Below, in pieces: positions 18,731 through 28,952 of a DNA stretch of 64,000 nucleotides. The stretch spans positions 64,001 to 128,000 of the forward strand of contig CAVQJC010000020.1 of assembly GCA_963712745.1 (NCBI GenBank). Reading direction: 5' to 3'. Below the pieces are notes generated by a model, which saw only the letters and a program-made list of their open reading frames with translations, was not told the DNA's origin and did not search any database. Origin of the DNA: an uncultured Chloroflexia bacterium (GTDB taxonomy: Bacteria > Chloroflexota > Limnocylindria > Limnocylindrales > CSP1-4). Positions within the stretch are counted from its first letter, which is position 1, and every line of letters starts with the position of its first letter. Made by a program: the position numbers and the translations under genes.

Positions 18731-19678
18731 GTGTCCCGCCCGGTAGATGCGCCGCTCAGACCCGAGCCCGAGACCGGCCGGTCTCGCTTGTCAGGGGTCT
18801 GGCGTGGACGTTCGCTGCCCGTGCACTGGATCATGCTCGCACCGGCGCTGCTGATCATCGGCGGGTTCATCCTCTACCCGGCGTTCAACGCGCTGTGGCT
18901 GTCGCTGACCGAAACGAACCTGCTCAACCTCAGTGCGCAGACGTTCGTCGGTCTCGACAACTTCATCGGGCTCATCGAGTCTTCCGAGTTTCACAAGGCG
19001 CTGCGCAACTCGGCGGTCTGGACCATCGGCAACGTGGCCTTCCAACTCGTCCTGGGCATGATCGGCGCGTTGCTCCTCAATCAGGCAATCAAGGGGCGAG
19101 GGCTCATCCGCGGGCTCGTGCTGCTGCCCTGGGCGACCCCGAGCGTGCTGGTCGCCCTGATGTGGATGTGGATCCTCGACCCGAACCTGGGCATCCTCAA
19201 CGAGATCCTGCAGGCCGTGGGTCTGCAGGACACCCCCATGGCCTGGCTGGCGGACCCGGCGACGGCATTGCCGACCCTCATGTTCATCGATATCTGGCAG
19301 GGCGTCCCCTTCTTCGCGGTGATGCTCCTGGCAGCCCTGCAGGCGGTGCCGTCCGAGCTCATCGAGGCTGCCAGGATCGATGGCGCGAATGCCTGGAAGA
19401 CCTACTGGTACATCACGCTGCGCCTCATCATGCCAACGGTCCTCATCACCACCATCCTGCGGCTGATCTGGACGGCGAACTACTTTGACCTCATCCTCAT
19501 CCTCACCAACGGTGGCCCCGCGAACGCGTCGCTGACGGTCCCGCTGCTCGCGTATCAGACGGCGTACCGCGGGTTCGACTTCGGGACGGCCGCCGCGCTC
19601 GGAGTCACACAGGCAGCCGTGCTGATGATCCTGGTCGTCTTCTACTTCCGTCTGACGAGGAAGGCCGAGATCACATGA
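18731..19678 (+). CDS. Carbohydrate ABC permease
   Basis: FVGLDNF, EAARIDGA, GGP. Confidence 0.93.
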   Translation: MSRPVDAPLRPEPETGRSRLSGVWRGRSLPVHWIMLAPALLIIGGFILYPAFNALWLSLTETNLLNLSAQTFVGLDNFIGLIESSEFHKALRNSAVWTIGNVAFQLVLGMIGALLLNQAIKGRGLIRGLVLLPWATPSVLVALMWMWILDPNLGILNEILQAVGLQDTPMAWLADPATALPTLMFIDIWQGVPFFAVMLLAALQAVPSELIEAARIDGANAWKTYWYITLRLIMPTVLITTILRLIWTANYFDLILILTNGGPANASLTVPLLAYQTAYRGFDFGTAAALGVTQAAVLMILVVFYFRLTRKAEIT

Positions 19679-20556
19679 CCGCGCTGGGGAATGCTGCACG
19701 ATCGGCCTCGGTGGCGACGGCGCGACCTCCGCGCAGCCGCTGGCCATCCTTCATCCGGCCGGTCTACCTGCTCATCGCAGCGTGGATCGTCGGGGTCTTC
19801 GCGCCGTACACGTGGATGTTCATCACCTCCATCACACCTCCGAGCGAGATGTCGACGGGGGGCATCCTGCCCCGGGATCCGACCTTCGACGCGTACACGA
19901 ACCTGCTCACGACAACGCCCTTCTTCCAGTACATGGCCAACAGCTTCATGGTGGCCACGGGTACCGTGATCCTCACGATCTCGAGCGCACTGCTGGCTGG
20001 GACCGCGCTCTCCCGTTATCGGTTCCGCGGTCGCCGGGCGGTCCTGGTCGGCATCCTGCTGGTCCAGCTGTTCCCCACCATGTTGCTGATCGTGCCGCTC
20101 TATATCGAGCTCAAGAACCTGGGCCTCCTCGATAGCAAGATCGGGTTGGTGTTCGTCTACAGCGCGTTCGCGATGTCTTTCAGCACCTGGCTGATGAAGG
20201 GGTTCGTCGACCAGATCCCGATCGAGATCGAGGAGGCTGCCTACATCGACGGGTGCTCGAAGCTCCAGGCTTTCCGGCACGTGATCTTGCCCCTGTCACG
20301 TCCGGGCATCGCCGCCGCCGGGACGTACGCGTTCATCTACTCCTGGAACGAGTTCCTATTCGCCTTGACGTTCACGGCAAGTACCGAGAACAGGACGATC
20401 CCGGTCGGTCTCAATCTGTTCATCGGAGAGAACCTGATCCGCTGGGAGTTCCTCACCGCGGGTGGAGTACTCGCCGCCATACCCATCCTCATCGGTTTCA
20501 TGTATGCCCAGCGGTCGCTGATCTCCGGGCTGGCGTCCGGGGCTGTCAAGGGATGA
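19675..20556 (+). CDS. Carbohydrate ABC permease
   Basis: IEEAAYIDG, SWNEF; ATGA coupling. Confidence 0.93.
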   Translation: MTALGNAARSASVATARPPRSRWPSFIRPVYLLIAAWIVGVFAPYTWMFITSITPPSEMSTGGILPRDPTFDAYTNLLTTTPFFQYMANSFMVATGTVILTISSALLAGTALSRYRFRGRRAVLVGILLVQLFPTMLLIVPLYIELKNLGLLDSKIGLVFVYSAFAMSFSTWLMKGFVDQIPIEIEEAAYIDGCSKLQAFRHVILPLSRPGIAAAGTYAFIYSWNEFLFALTFTASTENRTIPVGLNLFIGENLIRWEFLTAGGVLAAIPILIGFMYAQRSLISGLASGAVKG

Positions 20557-20614
20557 TCAGCTGCTCGCCGCGAGGAACGACCGTCACATCCGATAGCGCC
20601 ATAGGAGCCGCACC

Positions 20615-21703
20615 ATGAAGATCGCCTCCATCGACACGATGGTGACTCGCCTCCCCATCCTCACCGGTGACTGGTACGACACCATCCACCACGTCACGCA
20701 TATCGAGCTGGTGCTGGTCGAGGTCACGTCCGACAGCGGGGTCACCGGGACCGGTGTCAGCCACACCTCGGGCGATGGCGGCAAGACGATCGAAGCGCTT
20801 ATCCGCAACAGCCTCATCCCGTTCGTGGTCGGCAAGGACGCATCGCCGCGCGCGGTGTGGCACGAGGCCTGGCACTTCCTGCATGACCTGGGCGGAGCCG
20901 GATTCACCACCACCGCGCTTGGTGCCCTGGACATCGCACTCTGGGACCTCGTCGCCCGAGAGCAGGGCAAGCCGCTCGTCGACGTCCTGGGCCGGGTGCG
21001 AACGACGATCCCGGTCTATGCGAGTGGGATCAACCTGGGGCTGTCCGAAGATGATCTCGTGGCACAGGTGACACGCTGGCGGGATGCTGGCTATCCGGCC
21101 ATGAAGGTCAAGATCGGCAAACCCGATCCCACGGAGGATGTCGAACGACTCTTAAGGATCCGTGAGGTGATCGGTCCCCGAGCCCTCATGGTCGACGCGA
21201 ACCAGGGCTGGGGTCCCGAGGACGCCGTACGGCGCATCAATGCCCTGCGGGGCCTGGACCTCACCTGGGTCGAGGAGCCGCTCCTCAGCGATGACATCGC
21301 GGGGCACGCGCAACTTCGACGTCAGATAGAGACACCCATCGGCATCGGCGAGAATGTCTACACCATCTATCAGTTCCGCGACTACCTCGTCGCCAATGCT
21401 GTGGACTATGTCCAGGCAGACATCGTGCGCGTAGGAGGCATCACGCCGTACATGGAGATCGCGGCACTCAGCCAGGCGTTCAACCGTCCGATGGCGCCGC
21501 ACTTCATGCTGGAGCTGTCCGCCCAGGTCCTGTGCGCACTCCCCAACGCCTACATCGCCGAGGACACCGAAGGTGGCACGCTCAGTGCTCTCAAGGCCGT
21601 GCGCACGCCGCAACCGGTCGTGGACGGTCACTTCACGGTCCGAGACGTGCCTGGCCACGGTCTGGACTTCGACCGCGACTACATGGAGCAACACCGAGTT
21701 TGA
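20615..21703 (+). CDS. Mandelate racemase/enolase-superfamily (sugar-acid dehydratase-like)
   Basis: DIALWDL, KxK (KVKIG), MVDANQ, EEP, GEN, APH. Confidence 0.9.
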   Translation: MKIASIDTMVTRLPILTGDWYDTIHHVTHIELVLVEVTSDSGVTGTGVSHTSGDGGKTIEALIRNSLIPFVVGKDASPRAVWHEAWHFLHDLGGAGFTTTALGALDIALWDLVAREQGKPLVDVLGRVRTTIPVYASGINLGLSEDDLVAQVTRWRDAGYPAMKVKIGKPDPTEDVERLLRIREVIGPRALMVDANQGWGPEDAVRRINALRGLDLTWVEEPLLSDDIAGHAQLRRQIETPIGIGENVYTIYQFRDYLVANAVDYVQADIVRVGGITPYMEIAALSQAFNRPMAPHFMLELSAQVLCALPNAYIAEDTEGGTLSALKAVRTPQPVVDGHFTVRDVPGHGLDFDRDYMEQHRV

Positions 21704-21725
21704 TGCCGGATCAAGCCGCTTCGCC

Positions 21726-22640
21726 ATGAGCACGATGAGAGGGATCGTCACGCCCTTGTGCACCCCGCTCGACGCGAGGGGCCAGGTCGACGCGCGCAGT
21801 CTCGAGCGCCTGGTGGGCCGTCAACTCGATGCAGGAGTCGATGCCCTCTTCGCGCTCGGATCGAGTGGCGAAGCCATCTATCTCGATGATGCGGCCCGGG
21901 CCACGACGCTGCAGGTCGTGACTTCGGCCGTGAGCGGCGCCGTTCCCGTCCTCGCCGGAGCGCTCGGCGGCTCGACGGCACGAGTCCTTCAGCAGGTTCG
22001 TTGGATCGAGCAGTACCCGGTCGCCGGCGTCGTCGTCACGGCACCGTTCTACGCCGACGTAAGCGCCGTCGAGATGGCCACACACTTCGAGCTGATCGCG
22101 GCCGCCAGCCCGCTGCCGGTGGTCGCCTATGACATCCCCGGGAATGTAGGCCGCAAGCTCCCTTCGGATGTCGTCATCGACCTGCTGCGACGCGATGTGC
22201 TGATCGGGCTGAAGGACACATCCGGTGACATGGCAGCATTCCGGCGGGTGCTGCGCGAGGTTGGCGGTGACGCGCGACGGATGGTGATGATCGGCTCGGA
22301 CAGACTCGCCTCCGAAGCTCTGGCGGCCGGCGCGGACGGCGTCGTCCCCGGTATCGGCAATGTCTGTCCCGACCTCTTCGTCGACCTGCACGCGGCCCAC
22401 CTCGCGGGCGACACGGAGGAGGTCCGGCGCCTCCAGGACCAGATCGATGTCATGTCGGACATCCTGGCAGTAGGCCAGGCGCACGGGCTGGGCCGCCACG
22501 CGTCAGAGCTCGGAGCTCTCAAGTGCCTGCTGCACCGCGATGGAGCCATCGACAGCCCGCTCGTCAGCGTCCCGCTGGCGGCGTTCCCGCCGGCGGCGGC
22601 GGCAGAGGTGCTGTCGATCGCAGAGCGGATCGGTCGGTGA
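21726..22640 (+). CDS. DapA/NAL-family aldolase (2-keto-3-deoxy sugar-acid aldolase-like)
   Basis: GSSGE, YDIP, GLKDTSGD Schiff-base Lys. Confidence 0.88.
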   Translation: MSTMRGIVTPLCTPLDARGQVDARSLERLVGRQLDAGVDALFALGSSGEAIYLDDAARATTLQVVTSAVSGAVPVLAGALGGSTARVLQQVRWIEQYPVAGVVVTAPFYADVSAVEMATHFELIAAASPLPVVAYDIPGNVGRKLPSDVVIDLLRRDVLIGLKDTSGDMAAFRRVLREVGGDARRMVMIGSDRLASEALAAGADGVVPGIGNVCPDLFVDLHAAHLAGDTEEVRRLQDQIDVMSDILAVGQAHGLGRHASELGALKCLLHRDGAIDSPLVSVPLAAFPPAAAAEVLSIAERIGR

Positions 22641-23575
22641 TATCGATCGGACTGGTGGGTACAGGCTATTGGGCCGAGACCATCCACGCTCCAGCCATCG
22701 CCGCCCTCGAGGGGGCAGGTAGGCGTGGCATCTGGGGCCGGAATGCGACCGAGCGCGATCGGATCGCAGCGTCACTCGGACTGCGCGCCTTCAGCAGCTT
22801 CGAGGAGCTTCTTGCCTCGGTCGACGTCGTCGACTTCGCTGTACCGCCAGCAGCACAGGTCGGCATGGCGGTCACAGCGGCACGAGCTGGCAAGCACCTG
22901 CTTCTCGAGAAGCCCATGGCACTGTCCGTGCCGGACGCCCAACGCATCGATGCCGCCGTGTCCGAGGCTGGGGTCGCTGCCGTCGTGTTCCTCACACGAC
23001 TGTTCGACGAGGTGCGCTCCGAATGGCTGCGGGCACAGGCGCGCATGGGCAACACGAGCGGCCACGTGGAGTGGATCTCCGCCGCGCTGGCCCAGGGGAG
23101 CCCGTACGCCAGATCCGCCTGGCGTCGAGAGGGCGGTGCCCTCTGGGATGTCGGGCCGCACATCGTGTCGCAGCTCGTCGCGGTGCTGGGGCCGGTGACC
23201 CGCGTTTCGGTGACCGCCCACGATCCGGTGGGCGAAACGCACCTCTCGCTGCAGCATGAGCGAGGCGCCACCAGCACCGTCAACATGACCATGCACGCCG
23301 ATCCGGCTGACAAGGCCGAGACGTTCGAGTTCTCAGGCTCGTCTGGCCACGCTCGCTCTCCCGACACCCCGCTGGACTTCGCAGCGAGTTTCGATCGCGC
23401 CTTGACGACACTCATCGCTCGGATGGAGGGGCCAGCCGAAGGTGCGGATGCCGGCTACTCGACGCGAGCGAACGTGGGCCTGACCAGCGTGCTTTGCGAG
23501 ATCGAAGCTCTCATCGGCGACGGCACGCTCGACGTCTTCGTCCCGGTCACGGAGGCGATCCCGTCCCCAACGTAG
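22637..23575 (+). CDS. Gfo/Idh/MocA oxidoreductase
   Basis: GLVGTGYWA, GKHLLLEKP, GALWDVGPH; GTGA overlap. Confidence 0.88.
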   Translation: MISIGLVGTGYWAETIHAPAIAALEGAGRRGIWGRNATERDRIAASLGLRAFSSFEELLASVDVVDFAVPPAAQVGMAVTAARAGKHLLLEKPMALSVPDAQRIDAAVSEAGVAAVVFLTRLFDEVRSEWLRAQARMGNTSGHVEWISAALAQGSPYARSAWRREGGALWDVGPHIVSQLVAVLGPVTRVSVTAHDPVGETHLSLQHERGATSTVNMTMHADPADKAETFEFSGSSGHARSPDTPLDFAASFDRALTTLIARMEGPAEGADAGYSTRANVGLTSVLCEIEALIGDGTLDVFVPVTEAIPSPT

Positions 23576-23597
23576 GCCCCGCCAACCCGGCGCGGCA

Positions 23598-24426
23598 TCA
23601 CCAGGCGGTCCAACCTCCGTCTACGACCAGGTTGGCACCGGTCATATAGGCCGAGGCCTCAGAGATCGATGAAGATGACCGCGCCGTTGAACTCGTCGGC
23701 CTGAGCCATGCGGCCGATGGGGATCCGCGCCGTGTAGTTCGCCTGGAAGGTCGCGTCCTGCGTGTCGCGGGCGACCCCGGACGGTGTCAGTGTGTTCACA
23801 CGGATGCCGTGCCGCCCCCAGTACGTGGCACAGTACCTTGTGAGGTTGTAGACGCCCGACTTGGCGGCGCTGTATGCAACAGGCTTCACGAAGGGGACAC
23901 CGGTCTGCTCCTCGCGGTACGCGTAGATGTCCTGGATCGGCGAGACCATCCCGTAGATCGACCCGACGTTCACGATAGCGCCCGGCTTGCCGGCCTGCCT
24001 CATCCGTGCCCCCACCGCCTGCGTCGTGAGGAAGGTCCCGACCAGGTTCACCTCGACGACCTCGCGGAACACCTCCTCAGGGAACTCCTCGAACGGACCT
24101 GAGACGCTTGGAGGTGCACTTGGCTGGGTGTCGAGGCCGGCGTTGTTGATCAGCGCGTCGGGCGTGTCCCAGCGGCCCTCCAACTCGTCGAGCGCCTGCT
24201 CGATCGTCACCCGCTTGGTGATGTCGACGGTGTGCAACGAGATGCGGTCGCCGGCTGCTCTCTCGCCGAGGACGGCTGAGGCGCGCTCGCCGGTCACGTG
24301 CCGCCCGAAGATCGCGACACGGGCACCTCGATCGAGGAGCGCTTTCGCGACCTCCGATCCGATCTGCCCCAGGCCACCGGTGACGATGACGATCTTGTCC
24401 TGCACGCTGAAGAGCGGGTCATGCAT
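23598..24426 (-). pseudogene. SDR oxidoreductase, +1 frameshift near 23668
   Basis: TGGLGQIG, NNAG, YSAAK, IRVN; the missing C-terminus ISEASAYMTGANLVVDGGWTAW* lies in the adjacent frame. Confidence 0.85.
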
Positions 24427-24590
24427 CGCGAGACACTCCTTCTCAGATCCGGGTCGCTTGATGTGCGGCTGAGGCGCTGCCCATGGGTCGGATGCTCCGC
24501 CTCCCGATGGTGGCCGCGGGCAGCCGATGGCGACGCCGGGTGTCCAGGGATCCTTGCTCTTCGCCGTGCTCCAGCCTCGGCATCGAGTCG

Positions 24591-25556
24591 CTACTTGATG
24601 GCGAGGGCATTCGCCGACGAGCCCGATCCACCCGGGTAGTTCATGGGCGCCGCAACGAACAGGCCTTCGTAGACACCGTTCGCCGCGCAATCGTCCGCCA
24701 GACCGTCGAGGTCGAAGAGTTCACCGACCGCCATGCCGAGGAGGGTGATCAGGCGATAGTGGAGGAATCCCTCCACGGTCGAGCGGTCGAATGGCATCGC
24801 TTCGAGCGCGGGGGAATCTGCGGCGATCGCCGCGACACCGTTATCCCACAGCCATTCTGCAGTCTCTTCCGCGGCGTCTAGGCCCGGGGCCGGGATGATC
24901 TCAGTGGCCGCGAGCATCTCCCGCCGGGCGTGCTCGAGCTGCCCGTACCAAGCGATCCAGCCGAAGCGGATGAGGAGGATATCGCCACGTTCGAGCGTCG
25001 TCTGCTGTGATCGCAGGACTTCGTCGAGCTCTGTACTCGAGATCGGGGTCCGCTCGTCGTGACTTAGCGGCGCGCCGCGGACGGCACGATAGCGGTCCAC
25101 GTCGAGCAAGACGAACCTGCCCGCGATGCCGCGCTCGGCCCACTTGTCGATGCCCAGGTGCGAGGACCCCAGCCTACCCGCATCGTCCAAGGGGAGACCG
25201 TTGTAGTAGCCGAGTGTCGGGTGACCGACGTGTCGCAGTGCGTCCCACTGGCTCGAGGCCTGTGGGTAGTAGTTGTCGTAGTAATCATCCGTGCCCGGAT
25301 CGAGGTCCTTCTCGATCCTCCGGACTGCCCCGCGACCAAGGACTGGTGGGTCGGGCAGATCGATGCGCCAGTTGAGTGGAAAGACTGTTCCCCAACGAAC
25401 GAGGGCTGCTGCGCGACGAACGACGTCGGGGGTGATGAGGTTCAGGGTACCGACCTCGTCCAGCTCACCGAACAACCCCCACGCGGACCGCGCCGAGCCG
25501 AGGGTCGACACCTCCGGCAGGTCGCGGTAGCGGGGCAACGGACCCTCAGCACGCAT
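24591..25556 (-). CDS. Cyclase family (kynurenine-formamidase-like) metallohydrolase
   Basis: GTLNL, SSQWDALRH, GDILLIRFG, GELFDL. Confidence 0.88.
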   Translation of the reverse strand: MRAEGPLPRYRDLPEVSTLGSARSAWGLFGELDEVGTLNLITPDVVRRAAALVRWGTVFPLNWRIDLPDPPVLGRGAVRRIEKDLDPGTDDYYDNYYPQASSQWDALRHVGHPTLGYYNGLPLDDAGRLGSSHLGIDKWAERGIAGRFVLLDVDRYRAVRGAPLSHDERTPISSTELDEVLRSQQTTLERGDILLIRFGWIAWYGQLEHARREMLAATEIIPAPGLDAAEETAEWLWDNGVAAIAADSPALEAMPFDRSTVEGFLHYRLITLLGMAVGELFDLDGLADDCAANGVYEGLFVAAPMNYPGGSGSSANALAIK

Positions 25557-26620
25557 CACATCTCCTTCTGCGAAGCATGCTCGGTCTCCGGTGGAAGGAC
25601 GGATGAGGTCGGTCTTACGAGGGGACGACAACCACATGATTCGCGGTGCACGAACGCGGCCCTAAGGCGGACCTCCCGGGGCGCGGCATCCGGCGAAGCG
25701 ATCCGACGCAGGAGTAGGCGCATCGCTTCTCGCCCCATGGAGTAGGCGGGCTGGACGACGGCAGTCAGCGGGGACGTCAGCAGGTGACCGGTAGGCAGGT
25801 CGTCGAGCGATACCACGGCGATGTCATGGGGCACGCGCAGGCCGAGAAGCGCCACCGCCTCGAGCGTCCCGAGGGCCATGTCGTTGTTCCCGGCGACAAG
25901 GGCATCGAAGCGCGCCCCGGAGCCCAGCGCCCCGGTGACTGCGAGCCGAGCGAGCTCGCGGCGCGAACCCCCATCCAGGATGGCGGAATCGTCGATCGGG
26001 AGACCGGCCTGTCCGAGGCCCTCGCGGAAGCCGGAGATGCGATCCTCAGCCGTCGAGATCCCGCGAACGCCAGCGACCATCCCGATGCGCCGGTGACCCG
26101 CGGTGACTAGGTGGTCGACGATGACACGCGTCGCGACGTCATTGGCCACGAGTACTTGGTCGAACTCGGGCGGCCCTGCTCGATCGACGAAGACGACCGG
26201 CGTCTTCGAACGCAGCAGGCTGCGGAACGCCTGCTCTGGCGTGTTCCGCGTCAGGCCGATGACCAGCCCATCGACACGGCGAGAGCGCAGCTCGCGCAGG
26301 GCCACCATCTCCCGGTCGGGGTCCTCACCCGAGTTGACGAAGAGCAGAGTCTGCTGGCTGAAGCGCGCCTCCGTCTCGACACCATCGATGATGCGCGTGA
26401 AGAACGGGTTCCTGATGTCTGGAACGACCAGCCCGATGGTCTCGGAGCGCGTCGATCGCAACGATCGCGCCACGGTGTCAGGCGTGTAGCCAGTCTCTGC
26501 GATCGCTTCAAGCACCTTGCGGCGAGTCTCAGCGCCGACGGGGCGAGCACCCGTGACGACGTATGACGCGGTGGAGACGGAGACTCCGGCGCGTCGCGCC
26601 ACGTCCACGAGCTTCGTCAC
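25556..26620 (-). CDS. LacI-family transcriptional regulator
   Basis: HTH DVARRAGVSVSTAS, NPFF, VPHDIAV; GTG start after GGGAGG. Confidence 0.93.
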   Translation of the reverse strand: MTKLVDVARRAGVSVSTASYVVTGARPVGAETRRKVLEAIAETGYTPDTVARSLRSTRSETIGLVVPDIRNPFFTRIIDGVETEARFSQQTLLFVNSGEDPDREMVALRELRSRRVDGLVIGLTRNTPEQAFRSLLRSKTPVVFVDRAGPPEFDQVLVANDVATRVIVDHLVTAGHRRIGMVAGVRGISTAEDRISGFREGLGQAGLPIDDSAILDGGSRRELARLAVTGALGSGARFDALVAGNNDMALGTLEAVALLGLRVPHDIAVVSLDDLPTGHLLTSPLTAVVQPAYSMGREAMRLLLRRIASPDAAPREVRLRAAFVHRESCGCRPLVRPTSSVLPPETEHASQKEM

Positions 26621-26881
26621 GCAGGATGCCTCCCAGAGCGAAGTCTGACGCCGATCACCTTGACGAATCAATTCGGCAACATTGTAGGAGACCCGCCGTC
26701 CGGCGGCGCGGCGCAGGCAACCCAGGACCGACTCCTCAGGCCTGCGCGGCGTCCATGAGGTCGCGGCGAGGGCCCGGACGCTCGCATCATTCAGACCCGC
26801 TCCCCCTCGATGAGCCACGCGGTATCGCCTCGGCCGGGGTGCCCGACGTGGGTCGGATACAGGCGCCGGTGGACCGGTCTC

Positions 26882-27421
26882 TCAGGTGAGCTCGGTCTCG
26901 CTGACGTCGAGCCTCGTCTCGAGCAACTCGGCCAGCTCCTCGCCATAACGTTCGAAGAGCCCTGCCTGCCGCGATGGCCGGGTCATGGGGGGCGGCTGCT
27001 TCTGACCTGGATACAACCACACGACCGCCCGGTCGAGCGTCAGGTCGCAGACCGCCAGCAACCGCCCGATGGCCACGCCGAGCGCGTCGCGGTCGAGCGC
27101 GGACGCCGGCAGCTCGGACGTCAGCATCGGCCGGTCGTCGGCTGAGAGGGCGAACTTGATGAAGGGCAGTTCGTCGTTCCAGCGCAGGAACTGGCGGTAC
27201 GAGACACGGAAGGAGTCGCTCAGCGGCGGCGCATAGTGCACCCACAGCAGCAGCACTGCGCCAGGGTCGAGGATGAGCGTGAGACGGATGTCAGCTCGCC
27301 GTCGCCCGTCGAGCCGCAGATCCCAGCTCGTGATGCCGTCGCGCTCGCCCCGGTCCATAGGCTCGAGTCCGAGCGCGGCCAGCCATGAGTCCACGGTGGC
27401 CGCGTCGACGGCCGGGTGCAT
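26882..27421 (-). CDS. YbjN-like (T3SS-chaperone-fold) protein
   Basis: WDLRLDG, YRQFLRWN..LPFIKF pattern. Confidence 0.55.
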   Translation of the reverse strand: MHPAVDAATVDSWLAALGLEPMDRGERDGITSWDLRLDGRRRADIRLTLILDPGAVLLLWVHYAPPLSDSFRVSYRQFLRWNDELPFIKFALSADDRPMLTSELPASALDRDALGVAIGRLLAVCDLTLDRAVVWLYPGQKQPPPMTRPSRQAGLFERYGEELAELLETRLDVSETELT

Positions 27422-27432
27422 TGTCCCGTCGG

Positions 27433-28722
27433 TCAGGACTTCCTGGCCTTCCGCTTGCGCGCACGGGCGGTCTTGACTTCGATGCTGCTGCCACTGGCGA
27501 CCCGCTTGGAGCGGAAGTCCGCCGGGCGCACGTCACCGGCGATGCGCACGTTGCGGCCGATGCGCGCCGAGGCTGGGATCTGCGCACGCTTGCCCACGAC
27601 GGTGATGCCCGAGTTCAGTCGCTCGGGTTCGTCGACGTTGGCGACCTCGAAGTCGTTGCCCGTCCCCACGATGGCGTTCGGCCCGACGTTGACCTCCTTG
27701 TCCAGGATGGCCCGGTCGACCACGGCCCCCGCGCGGATGTGGGTATCGAACATGATCACGCTGTCACGTACGATGGCGCCCGGGTCGACTCGTACGCCCG
27801 GGGACAACACCGAGTGCTCGACGGTGCCGCTGACGATGCAGCCGTGACTGATGAGGCTACGGTGGACGTTGGCGGTGGAACCGATGCGCGCGGGAGCCCG
27901 CTCCTCTGACCGGGTGTGCACCACCCAGTCCCGGTCGTACAGGTCCAGCGGCGGATGGTCGTCGAGCAACTCCATCTGGGTCTCCCAGTATGCGTGCACG
28001 GTGCCCACGTCCTGCCAGTAGCCGTCGAAACGGTGGCCGAAGACACGGGCGCCAGCGTCGAGCATGGCTGGGATGATGTTCTTGCCGAAGTCGTTGCGCC
28101 CCTCGCCAAGCCATTTCTCGAGGGCCCTGGGGTTGAAGACGTAGATGCCCAGGCTGGCGAGGTTCGACTCGGGCTGGCGAGGCTTCTCCTGCCACTCAGT
28201 CACCGCGTCGCTGTCGTCGAGCGTGAGTATGCCGAAGCGACGGGCATCCTCGATCGGTACTGGCTTGACCGCGATGGTCACATCAGCGCGCTTGCGGCGG
28301 TGCTGCTGGATGAACGGCCCGTAGTCCATCTTGTAGATGTGATCACCCGCGAGCACGAGAATCACGTCCGCGCCAGACTGCCGGATCGGATCGAGGTTGG
28401 CCTCGACCGCATCGGCGGTGCCCAGGTACCACTCGCGTGGTCGGCCCCTTGCGAGGAACGGCTGGAAGATGCGGATGCCGCCACTGTTGCGGTCGAGGTC
28501 CCAGGGCCTGCCCGCGCCGATGTGATCGTTCAGCGAGAGGGGTGCGTACTGTGTCAGCACCATCACGTTGGTCAACCCGGAGTTGACGCAGTTGGACAGC
28601 GTGAAGTCGATGATGCGGAACTTGCCCGCGAAGGGCACGGCGGGCTTGGCGCGTTCACCCGACAGCAGCGATAGACGTTCGCCCTCGCCCCCGGCAAGGA
28701 TGACCGCAAGCGTTCGACTCAC
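27433..28722 (-). CDS. glgC: Glucose-1-phosphate adenylyltransferase
   Basis: [42 protein letters not shown]. Confidence 0.95.
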   Translation of the reverse strand: MSRTLAVILAGGEGERLSLLSGERAKPAVPFAGKFRIIDFTLSNCVNSGLTNVMVLTQYAPLSLNDHIGAGRPWDLDRNSGGIRIFQPFLARGRPREWYLGTADAVEANLDPIRQSGADVILVLAGDHIYKMDYGPFIQQHRRKRADVTIAVKPVPIEDARRFGILTLDDSDAVTEWQEKPRQPESNLASLGIYVFNPRALEKWLGEGRNDFGKNIIPAMLDAGARVFGHRFDGYWQDVGTVHAYWETQMELLDDHPPLDLYDRDWVVHTRSEERAPARIGSTANVHRSLISHGCIVSGTVEHSVLSPGVRVDPGAIVRDSVIMFDTHIRAGAVVDRAILDKEVNVGPNAIVGTGNDFEVANVDEPERLNSGITVVGKRAQIPASARIGRNVRIAGDVRPADFRSKRVASGSSIEVKTARARKRKARKS

Positions 28723-28952
28723 GCCGGGATGCTACACCCGCGGCGCCGTCTCTCGTGGGCACGTTCAGCACACGCCGCCGTTCGCCGCGATGCGTCCGAC
28801 CCTCCCGAAGGTCCTGTGCCCCAGCGGACGGATGCACCAGATCGAAGCCCGTGGGCTCTCCATAGCATCGATTGGCGGCCGCCCAGCGGACGGGACCCAG
28901 CCCGTCGAGCTCGCCAGCGGTGCGGCCGCTTTCAGCACGGGAGAGCCCGCAG

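Noticed and set aside
2338-26833. att-like similarity at island edges (TGAGCCAC...GTATCGCyTCGG near 2338 and 26811)
   Set aside because: Short, gapped and imperfect, with no integrase or tRNA; could be chance
28730-28950. c-di-AMP (ydaO) riboswitch before the M23 genes
   Set aside because: Conserved GCTGAA/GGGGAAC/AGCTAAC elements are not found
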